DNA of 64,000 bases from an uncultured Gammaproteobacteria bacterium (GTDB lineage Bacteria; Pseudomonadota; Gammaproteobacteria; UBA9214). Location of the stretch: assembly GCA_963710815.1 (NCBI GenBank), contig CAVQCA010000154.1, positions 8,750-72,749 on the forward strand, in the 5' to 3' direction. Positions 56,754-64,000 of the stretch are shown in pieces (position 1 is the stretch's first letter; each line of letters opens with the position of its first letter). The notes beneath the pieces are model-generated. The model had not been told where the DNA came from. It saw only the letters and a list, made by a program, of their open reading frames with translations, and did not search any database. The position numbers and the translations under genes are program-made.

Positions 56754-57863
56754 ATGAGTTCCACGATACGCATTACCCTCTTCCTGCTGGTGTTTTGCCA
56801 GCTGCCGCAGGTCCAGGGCGCCGATACGGACGGGAGGGAAGTCCCGGACAGCCGCGCCGGCGCGCTGCAAAGCGATGTCGGCGCGGCGCCGGGGTCCGTA
56901 CTGCCGTTGAGCGCGATTGACACGACGGAAATCCCCACGATCAACATTGCCGCCGGGGCATCCGCCGATCAGCCGCTGCCCTTCTACCGCATTGGCGAGA
57001 ACACCTATTTCCTGTATGGCAACATCGCCACGGTCGACGAGAACAATCGCGGCTGGAACGGCAACGCGGGCTTCATCGTCACGTCAGAGGGGGTCATCGT
57101 CATCGACACCCTCGGCACGCCCAGACTCGGGCAGCGCCTGATTGCCACCATCAGGGCGGTGACCGGCCGGCCCATCCGCTATGTCATCATCACCCACAAC
57201 CATCCGGATCACGCCTACGGGTCCGCGGCCTTCCAGGGGATGGAGGGTGTGACGATCATCACCCATAAGGGCTCGCTCGACTATACACAGTCGGATGTCC
57301 TGACACGCTCCGTGGAATACCGCCGCGCGCTGCTCGGCGATGACATGAAAGGCTTCGAGCCCGTCAAGGCCGACCTCTACCTCGACCTTCCGCGTTTCGG
57401 CAGCCACAGGATTGTCCTTGGGAATCAGCTCATCGACATCTATAACACCGGCAGGCATCACTCCTATGGCGATCTGGTCGTGCATCAGGTGAAGGACGGT
57501 ATCCTGTGGATCTCGGACCTGGCGTTCAACCAGCGCACGACCTTCCTCGGTGATGGCGACAGCCGGCAGATCCTGGAAGCCCAGGACTGGCTCATGAACC
57601 GCTTCGGTGATGCGAAGCTGATGGTGCCGGGCCACGGCAGCGCCCAGCGGCCGCCGTTTCCCATGGTGAAAAAGACGCATCGATACGTGGAGCGCCTGCG
57701 CGAGTCCATGCGTGCGGCGGTGGAGAATGACATCCCGCTGATGGATGCCGTCGACCAGGCGGATTTCCCGGACTGGCGCGATACCCGGCTGTACGAATCC
57801 AACCAGCGCGCCAATGCCAATTTCATCTATCGGGAGATGGAGCAGCAATACTTCGCTCAATGA
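56754..57863 (+). CDS. Exported metallo-beta-lactamase-fold hydrolase (SoxH-like)
   Basis: Signal peptide, GNAGFIV, IDTLG, THNHPDH, HSYGD, DLAF, VPGHG. Confidence 0.8.
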   Translation: MSSTIRITLFLLVFCQLPQVQGADTDGREVPDSRAGALQSDVGAAPGSVLPLSAIDTTEIPTINIAAGASADQPLPFYRIGENTYFLYGNIATVDENNRGWNGNAGFIVTSEGVIVIDTLGTPRLGQRLIATIRAVTGRPIRYVIITHNHPDHAYGSAAFQGMEGVTIITHKGSLDYTQSDVLTRSVEYRRALLGDDMKGFEPVKADLYLDLPRFGSHRIVLGNQLIDIYNTGRHHSYGDLVVHQVKDGILWISDLAFNQRTTFLGDGDSRQILEAQDWLMNRFGDAKLMVPGHGSAQRPPFPMVKKTHRYVERLRESMRAAVENDIPLMDAVDQADFPDWRDTRLYESNQRANANFIYREMEQQYFAQ

Positions 57864-58004
57864 ACACCCGGTTGCTGCCGGGTCCGCCGCACGCCCGCGA
57901 ATCGAGGCGGTTCCTGGAACTGCACGGCGGGCACATCCATACCTCCAGGTCAGCCGGGAATCCTGTACACGGGGATCGATGATTTCCCGGAATGGTGCAT
58001 CATG

Positions 58005-58544
58005 TCACACCCTTCGGGCCAAACCAGCCTCCCCTGGCAGGAACAGGCTCTTATGCCCTTTGGGTCTCTCCCCGTTAACCTTCCGTAGTCGATAGGCGAC
58101 ACGGTATTGAATACTGTCGCGTGACGAACGGGGCCCCTTCCATTCACTGCTTGCTGCGCCTCTTTGCGGCATCGGATGGAGCGACGGGTCAGGCGCATGT
58201 TTCGCCAGCATGAATGCACTAATGACAAGTACCAAGGCAGGGACAACGAAGTACCAATACCGAAGGATAACAAGCCCCTTATATACCGGATGAGAGCGGA
58301 TATTCCCCGGGTCCGGCATCGGGATTGTCCCCCTCATCCAGGCCAGTGCGACCGCTGCAGCGAATGCCCCAAGAAAAAATAATCCAAAGGCCAGGAGATA
58401 CAGCGGCATCCCGGAGAAGTATGTTCCAGTTTCCGGATTCCACCGATCGCGCAGGAAAAATGATCCACGCTCAAGCAAATATGCCCCACCCGAAAAGCAG
58501 AAGAATGTGAGGACACCGTTTAACAGGATTCTTATCGTGTTCAT
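58005..58544 (-). CDS. Hypothetical membrane protein, probable integron-cassette gene reading through a decayed attC
   Basis: Three hydrophobic segments; lower GC (25/60 and 28/60 in two hand-counted lines); the tail APDPSLHPMPQRGAA is the typical translation of an attC left arm. Confidence 0.65.
   Translation of the reverse strand: MNTIRILLNGVLTFFCFSGGAYLLERGSFFLRDRWNPETGTYFSGMPLYLLAFGLFFLGAFAAAVALAWMRGTIPMPDPGNIRSHPVYKGLVILRYWYFVVPALVLVISAFMLAKHAPDPSLHPMPQRGAASSEWKGPRSSRDSIQYRVAYRLRKVNGERPKGHKSLFLPGEAGLARRV
58141..58194 (-). mobile_element. Decayed attC-like site (downstream of the cassette ORF)
   Basis: Minus strand GCCTGAC-CCGTC-GCTCCATC-CGATGCCGC-AAA-GAGGC-GCAGCAAGC; R'' has TGAC for TAAC and there is no GTT core. 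Confidence 0.6.
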
Positions 58545-58551
58545 TGCCTGG

Positions 58552-58612
58552 GCATAACATTTGCCTCAAGCGCGCGGCGGAGCCGAATCGAATTGGAGGC
58601 AGTTGCTAGAGT
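58552..58612 (-). mobile_element. attC-like site (upstream of the cassette ORF)
   Basis: Minus strand CTCTAGC-AACTG-CCTC(C)AATT...GGC-TCC-GCC...GCTTGAGG-CAAAT-GTTATGC, with the ATG 7 nt after the core. Confidence 0.65.
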
Positions 58613-58731
58613 CCGTATATCTTGTAAGATCTAAAACCCTTTCAATAAAAACCGCAGGTCGACCGCGCCGGTTAACGAAACGGAAACACCTGCGCAAAGA
58701 CCATGGCGACAAGTAGCCGGCCGGCTGGAAC

Positions 58732-59952
58732 TTACGCCTGCATCACTTCGTCCAGCAGTTCGATCCAGTGCTTCACCGGCACCCCGCTGGCTGTTGCCAG
58801 ATGCAGCTGGCAACCGACATTGGCGGTCGCTATGACATCGGGCATACCCTGTTGCAACGCGGCGAGCTTGTTGTCCAGCAGTCGTCGTGACAGGTCCGGC
58901 TGCAGAATCGAATACGTGCCGGCCGAACCGCAGCACAGGTGCGCGTCGGTCACGTGAGTCAGCTGAAAACCCGCCTGCTGCAGCACGGTCTCGACCACGC
59001 CCTGCAGTTGCTGGCCGTGCTGCAGGGTGCAGGGACTGTGGAACGCCACCTTGCATTGTGCCGCATGCGCTGTGAGCCGCGGCAGCGATTCGGCCTCAAT
59101 AACTTCAACGATATCTCTGGCCAGCGCGCTGACGCGTGCGGCCTTTTTCTCATAGGCCGCGTCCTGTCGCAGCAACTCGCCGTACTCCTTCACCAGTGCA
59201 CCGCAGCCGCTGGCGGTAACGACAATCGCCTCCACACCCTGTTCGATGTACGGCCACCAGGCGTCTATGTTGCGGCGCATGAAGTCGAGACCTTCGCGCT
59301 GCGCCGCCAGATGGTGACTCACCGCACCGCAGCAACCGGCCTCCGGTGCCTCGACCAGCTGGATCCCCAGCCGATCGAGCACCCGTGCGGCAGCGGCATT
59401 GGTAGCGGGCGTGGCGACGCTCTGCACGCAACCCGCCAGCGCGATCATACGGCGCGGCTGCGCGCGTACGGGCCAGGCCCCGGGGGTCTGAAACGCGGGG
59501 ATCCTGGTGCGCAACGCGGCCGGCAACAGCGGTCGCAGACGCTGGCCAAGACGCAACCAGGGTGCGAAGCGACGCGGATGGGGTAGCAGCTTGCGCAAGG
59601 CATAGCGCATTGCGGCTTCCAACCGACCGCGCCGCAGCTTGCGCTCGGCGATTTCACGACCGATATCCACCAACCTGCCGTAACGTACGCCGGACGGGCA
59701 GGTTGTCTCGCAGGACCTGCAGGTCAGGCAGCGATCCAGGTGCAGGCGGGTTTTTTCACTGACCGCCTCGCCTTCCAGCATCTGCTTGATGAGGTAGATG
59801 CGCCCGCGCGGGCCATCCAGTTCGTTGCCGAGCAACTGGTAGGTCGGACACGTGGCAGTGCAGAAACCGCAGTGTACGCAGGCGCGCAGAATGCTGTCGG
59901 CTTCTCTGCCTTCCGGGGTATTGCTGAATTCGTCGCTCAGGCGGGTCTGCAT
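58732..59952 (-). CDS. glcF: Glycolate oxidase iron-sulfur subunit
   Basis: CVHCGFCTATCP, DGPRGRI, CLTCRSCETTCPSGV, two CCG domains, ANVGC; start MQTRL at 59952. Confidence 0.96.
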   Translation of the reverse strand: MQTRLSDEFSNTPEGREADSILRACVHCGFCTATCPTYQLLGNELDGPRGRIYLIKQMLEGEAVSEKTRLHLDRCLTCRSCETTCPSGVRYGRLVDIGREIAERKLRRGRLEAAMRYALRKLLPHPRRFAPWLRLGQRLRPLLPAALRTRIPAFQTPGAWPVRAQPRRMIALAGCVQSVATPATNAAAARVLDRLGIQLVEAPEAGCCGAVSHHLAAQREGLDFMRRNIDAWWPYIEQGVEAIVVTASGCGALVKEYGELLRQDAAYEKKAARVSALARDIVEVIEAESLPRLTAHAAQCKVAFHSPCTLQHGQQLQGVVETVLQQAGFQLTHVTDAHLCCGSAGTYSILQPDLSRRLLDNKLAALQQGMPDVIATANVGCQLHLATASGVPVKHWIELLDEVMQA

Positions 59953-59971
59953 CGGAAAAGATTTTTCGTGT

Positions 59972-61036
59972 TCAGAGTTCCGGGTACATCCGCCCCGGGT
60001 TGAGAATGCCGTCAGGGTCGAAGGCAAGCTTGAGCTTGCGATGAATCGCCATGAGGCCGTCCGGCAGCGGGTGAAATATCTCGCCGGTCCGGTCGCCGCC
60101 CCGGTACAGCACGGCATGACCGCCCACCGCCGCGGCGGCATCGCGTATGGTCGCGGCCGGAGCATCCGATACCAGCCAGCGCAACGCCCCGCCCCATTCA
60201 TACAGCCATTTTCCGGGTATCGGTAACGGCGGCGTATCCGATGCCAGCGACAATCGCCACAACGGCTGTTGCGCGACAAAGAAACCCGAGCGCTGTTCGC
60301 GCAGCCGGTTCCAGAAGCGCGCGCCGTCGGGCAACTCGTCGCCGCCGACAAGCCTGCGCGCGGCAGCCACCGCGCCCTGCGCACCGCTCAGGCGTACATA
60401 GAGATTGATGCCGTCGTGGCAGCTGGCGGTGACCGGCAGCGGTTGCTGCGCCCAGTCGTGCAGTCTGGCGATCGCCTGGTGCTCGCCGAGCGGGAGGCTC
60501 AGCGTGATTTCGGCCTCCGGTCGTGGTAAAACCTTCAGCGACACATCCAGCAACACACCCAGCGTTCCCAGTGCCCCGCACATCAGGCGTGACACATCGT
60601 AGCCGGCCACGTTCTTCATCACCTCGCCGCCGAACGAAAGCGTCTCGCCCTTGCCGTTGATGATGCGACAGCCAAGCACAAAGTCGCGCGCCGCGCCGGC
60701 ACTGGCACGCCGTGGCCCCGACAGGTTGCAGGCGATGGTGCCGCCGAGCGTCGCCGTGTCACCGTAGTGCGGCGGTTCGAAAGCCAGCATCTGACCACGC
60801 TCGTCGAGCGCCTGTTCGATCAGGACCAGGGGTGTACCGGCGCGTGCACTGATGACCAGTTCGGTCGGATCGTAGCGGGTAATGCCGCGGTGGCGGCTGA
60901 CATCGAGCGTCTCACCCCCGGTCTCGCGGCCATAGAATGCCTTGCTGTCACCGGCGCGGATGCAAAGAGAGGTGCCGGCGCGGCGAGCCGCCTGCACGCT
61001 GTCCCGCAGCTCGACACTGGCGTCATTGTCATTCAT
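59972..61036 (-). CDS. glcE: Glycolate oxidase FAD-binding subunit
   Basis: YDPTELVISARAGT, FEPP, GPRR, GGEVMKNVAGYDVSRL, FDPDGILNPGR. Confidence 0.96.
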   Translation of the reverse strand: MNDNDASVELRDSVQAARRAGTSLCIRAGDSKAFYGRETGGETLDVSRHRGITRYDPTELVISARAGTPLVLIEQALDERGQMLAFEPPHYGDTATLGGTIACNLSGPRRASAGAARDFVLGCRIINGKGETLSFGGEVMKNVAGYDVSRLMCGALGTLGVLLDVSLKVLPRPEAEITLSLPLGEHQAIARLHDWAQQPLPVTASCHDGINLYVRLSGAQGAVAAARRLVGGDELPDGARFWNRLREQRSGFFVAQQPLWRLSLASDTPPLPIPGKWLYEWGGALRWLVSDAPAATIRDAAAAVGGHAVLYRGGDRTGEIFHPLPDGLMAIHRKLKLAFDPDGILNPGRMYPEL

Positions 61037-61044
61037 AGAGCAGC

Positions 61045-62536
61045 TCAGAACCTTTCGAGTTCCGGGAAGCGCAACCGTCCCCCGTGTACGTGCATGGCGC
61101 CGAACTCGGCACAACGATGCAGCGTCGGCACCGCCTTGCCGGGATTGAGCAGGCCATCTTTGTCGAACGCCGCCTTGACGGCGTGGAACTGCTGCAGTTC
61201 CAGTGCGTCAAACTGCACGCACATCTGATCGAGCTTTTCCATGCCGACGCCGTGTTCGCCGGTAATGGTGCCGCCGACCTCCACGCACAGCTCGAGGATC
61301 TTGCCGCCGAAGGCTTCGGTGCGTTCCAGTTCGCCGGGCTTGTTGGCATCGTAGAGAATCAGGGGATGCAGGTTGCCGTCACCGGCGTGGAACACGTTGG
61401 CGACCGGCAGTCCGAACTCGGCCGACAAATCCGCAATCGATTTCAGAACCCGCGGCAGATGTTTGCGGGGAATCGTGCCGTCCATGCAGTAGTAGTCCGG
61501 TGAAATGCGCCCGACCGCGGGGAAGGCCGCCTTGCGGCCCTTCCAGAAGGTCAGGCGCTCGGCGTCGTCGCGCGCCGTGCGCACTTCGGTGGCGCCGCTG
61601 TCGTGCAGCACATCGCGTACCCGCAGGATGTGCTCCGAAACCTCCTCGTTGGTGCCGTCGAGTTCGCACAGCAGAATGGCCTCGGCATCGCGCGGATAAC
61701 CCGCGTGCACGAAATCCTCCGCGGCCTGGATCGCCAGCCGGTCCATCATCTCCAGTCCGGCCGGGATAATGCCGGCGGAAATGATATTGCCGACCGCCTG
61801 CCCGGCCTTGACCAGATCATCGAACGCCGCCAGCAACACCTGCGCACGCTCCGGCGCCGGCAGCAACTTTACGGTGACTTCGACGATCACGGCGAGCATG
61901 CCCTCGGAACCGGTCAGCAGCGCCAGCAGATCATAGCCGGGCGCATCCAGGCCGCTGCCGCCGATGGTTAGCATCTCGCCATCGATGGTAATGACTTTGA
62001 GCTTGCTGGATGTTGTGCACCGTAAGACCGTATTTCAGGCAGTGTACGCCGCCGGAATTCTCGGCCACGTTGCCGCCGATAGTGCAGGCGATCTGCGACG
62101 ACGGATCCGGCGCATAGTACAGACCATAAGGCTCGGCCGCCTGCGAAATCGCCAGGTTGCGCACGCCGGGCTGCACGCGCGCCGTGCGCCTGCGCGGATC
62201 GATATCGAGTATGGCGGTGAACTTTGCCAGACTCAGCAGCACGCCCTGCCGGTACGGCAGCGCACCGCCCGACAGGCCGGTGCCGGCGCCGCGCGCCACC
62301 ACCGGCACCCGCAAGCGATGGCAAAGCCGCAGGACAGCCTGCACCTGCTCGATGGTATCGGGCAACACCGCCACCAGCGGCAGTTCCCGATAAGCCGACA
62401 GCCCATCGCACTCGAAAGGACGCAGGTCCTCGGACGCGTGGAGCACGGCATCAGAGGGCAGCAAAGCCTGCAGCTGCTGTATCAGATAACGCCTGTCGAT
62501 GCCGGCAGGCCGGTCGCCGGTGGCTGCGCTGTTCAT
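61045..62536 (-). pseudogene. glcD: Glycolate oxidase subunit GlcD, +1 frameshift at ~62004 (real or sequencing error)
   Basis: ARGAGTGLSGG, YAPDPSSQIACTIGGN, CLKYGLTVHNIQ | KLKVITIDGEMLTIGG...GSEG...HAGDGNLHP...GEHGVG; span 1492 nt = 3n+1. Confidence 0.92.
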
Positions 62537-62619
62537 GATTTGTCCGGTGGGTGGATCATGTGTTGCAAGGTTAGCGTATATCGACGGGCAGGCAGAACTC
62601 CGGCCGCTCGCCCCGCAGG

Positions 62620-63987
62620 CTACGGCATTGCCGCAGCGCGCGGCTGTGCCGCAGTTTCCCCGGGTTCCGCTACGCCGGCCAGCCTCGCCCAGACGCGGGC
62701 AAGCCCCAGGTCGTCGCCGACGTTACCGGGAAAGATGACCACCGGCATACCCGGATGGCGCGGATGATCGTCCCCGCAACGCACGACCGAGCAACCGGGC
62801 AGAATCTGACCGAGGACCCGCGCGGCGTGCAACGCCAGTCCGCTGCTCAGCACATCGTTGGAAGTGATGCCGCCCTTGCTGATCAGAAAGCCCAGGCTTT
62901 GCGGCAGACCGCGCACCACGTCCATGAGCAACGCCGACACCCGCTCACCAAACGCCAGCCGCGCCGCCTGGTCCGGGAAAGTCCTTTCGCCGCGGCTGGT
63001 ATAGATGACACAGGTGTCTCCGGCAGCGTGCACGCCGCGGGCGGTCGCCAGCACCTCGTCCAGCATGGCATCGCGATCGGTGTCGATGCGATCGACGTTC
63101 ACCTCGACCGGCGCGATGCCGGGCATCGCCAGCAGCTGCATGAGCTGCGCCGTGGTCTTGTTGACGTGCGACCCGACGATCACCGCACCGGGTCCGCTGT
63201 GGCGTACGTACGCGCGCATGGCCCGGGGTGCGACCGGCTGCGGGGGCAACTGCGCCAGCGACGTCAGCAGACTGGCGCCGCTGCGGAACAGGTAACGCTT
63301 GCCGCGCGCCGCACACTGCAGCAGCTGTTTGCAGAAGTGGTCCAGATCGTCCTGGCATTCGGCGTCGACCACGCAGCAGCGGTTGCCCGACAGCGCCATG
63401 AGCCGGTCGCTGACATTGCCGCGGACATCCGCGAGCAGAAAACGCTCCACCTCTCCCGCGGCTACACGGCCAGCGGTTTTCTCCTCGACATAGTCCGGCA
63501 GATAACTGTGCCGGTAGCCGAACACGGAATCGCGCGCGAACTCGGTTTCGTGCACCGGCACCGGCTCGCCGTCGACCACCAGGTAGTGGACACTGTCGCG
63601 CGTCACGCGCCCCCCCTCGAAGAAGGCCGGCACCAGGAAGTGGGCATCGAACGGGCCGAGCTGCCCGGCGATGACATCGGTTTCCACGGGGTAGTGACCC
63701 CGCAACGTGGAATCCGAGCGGCTGACAATCAGCGGATTGATGGCTCTGCCCGTCCCGGCCAGTTCGTCGAGCGCCTGCGCAAGATTGACACAGACCTCGC
63801 GGGTCACCTCAGCGGCCCGCGAGGCGCTCATGCCGCGGGTGTTGGTCAGCACGAAAAATAGCGGTACATCGTCAAGCAGGCCTTGTTTCAGCGTAGCCAC
63901 GTCCCAGCGTGTCAGCAGCAGACAGCTGTGCACGGTCTGTGAGCCGGTCGGATCGTCGTCGAGAACAATGATGCGTGTTTCGGTCAT
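62620..63987 (-). CDS. Four-carbon acid sugar kinase family protein (DUF1537/OtnK-like)
   Basis: IVLDDDPTG, RSDSTLRGH, PAFFEGGRVT, VGSHV, SKGGITS, FPGNVG. Confidence 0.9.
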   Translation of the reverse strand: MTETRIIVLDDDPTGSQTVHSCLLLTRWDVATLKQGLLDDVPLFFVLTNTRGMSASRAAEVTREVCVNLAQALDELAGTGRAINPLIVSRSDSTLRGHYPVETDVIAGQLGPFDAHFLVPAFFEGGRVTRDSVHYLVVDGEPVPVHETEFARDSVFGYRHSYLPDYVEEKTAGRVAAGEVERFLLADVRGNVSDRLMALSGNRCCVVDAECQDDLDHFCKQLLQCAARGKRYLFRSGASLLTSLAQLPPQPVAPRAMRAYVRHSGPGAVIVGSHVNKTTAQLMQLLAMPGIAPVEVNVDRIDTDRDAMLDEVLATARGVHAAGDTCVIYTSRGERTFPDQAARLAFGERVSALLMDVVRGLPQSLGFLISKGGITSNDVLSSGLALHAARVLGQILPGCSVVRCGDDHPRHPGMPVVIFPGNVGDDLGLARVWARLAGVAEPGETAAQPRAAAMP

Positions 63988-64000
63988 GGTCTGTCCCGTT

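Overview
GC-rich chromosomal segment of a gammaproteobacterium. The gene set and order suggest a Chromatiales/Thiohalobacterales-like, possibly sulfur-oxidising lineage (inference). The backbone is the conserved serS-rarA-lolA-ftsK-ald-trxB-DUF482-aat-infA-clpA-clpS-cspD-icd-nudJ-mnmA-hflD-acnA-purB block, followed by dusA, aguAB, a DAHP synthase, mfd-csiV, mtiP-hpt-nagZ and glcDEF. Main points of interest: (1) a tightly coupled arsenosugar-type cluster at 28.8-34.8 kb (fatty-acid hydroxylase, disulfide oxidoreductase, ArsS radical SAM, ArsM, two glycosyltransferases) whose later chemistry is largely uncharacterised; (2) an orphan integron-like gene cassette flanked by two decayed attC-like sites at 58.0-58.6 kb, with no integrase in the window; (3) several families of intergenic palindromic repeats, including a ~160-bp long-hairpin element in two copies with compensatory base changes and a nested palindrome that splits arsS from arsM; (4) orphan Dpp/Opp permeases translationally coupled to nagZ; (5) a 1440-aa AsmA-like protein, an M48-like pseudo-peptidase and an Npt-family nucleotide transporter missed by the ORF track. 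Three genes (ald, the hydroxylase, glcD) carry apparent +1 frameshifts that may be sequencing indels. All calls come from motif recognition by eye; no searches were run.
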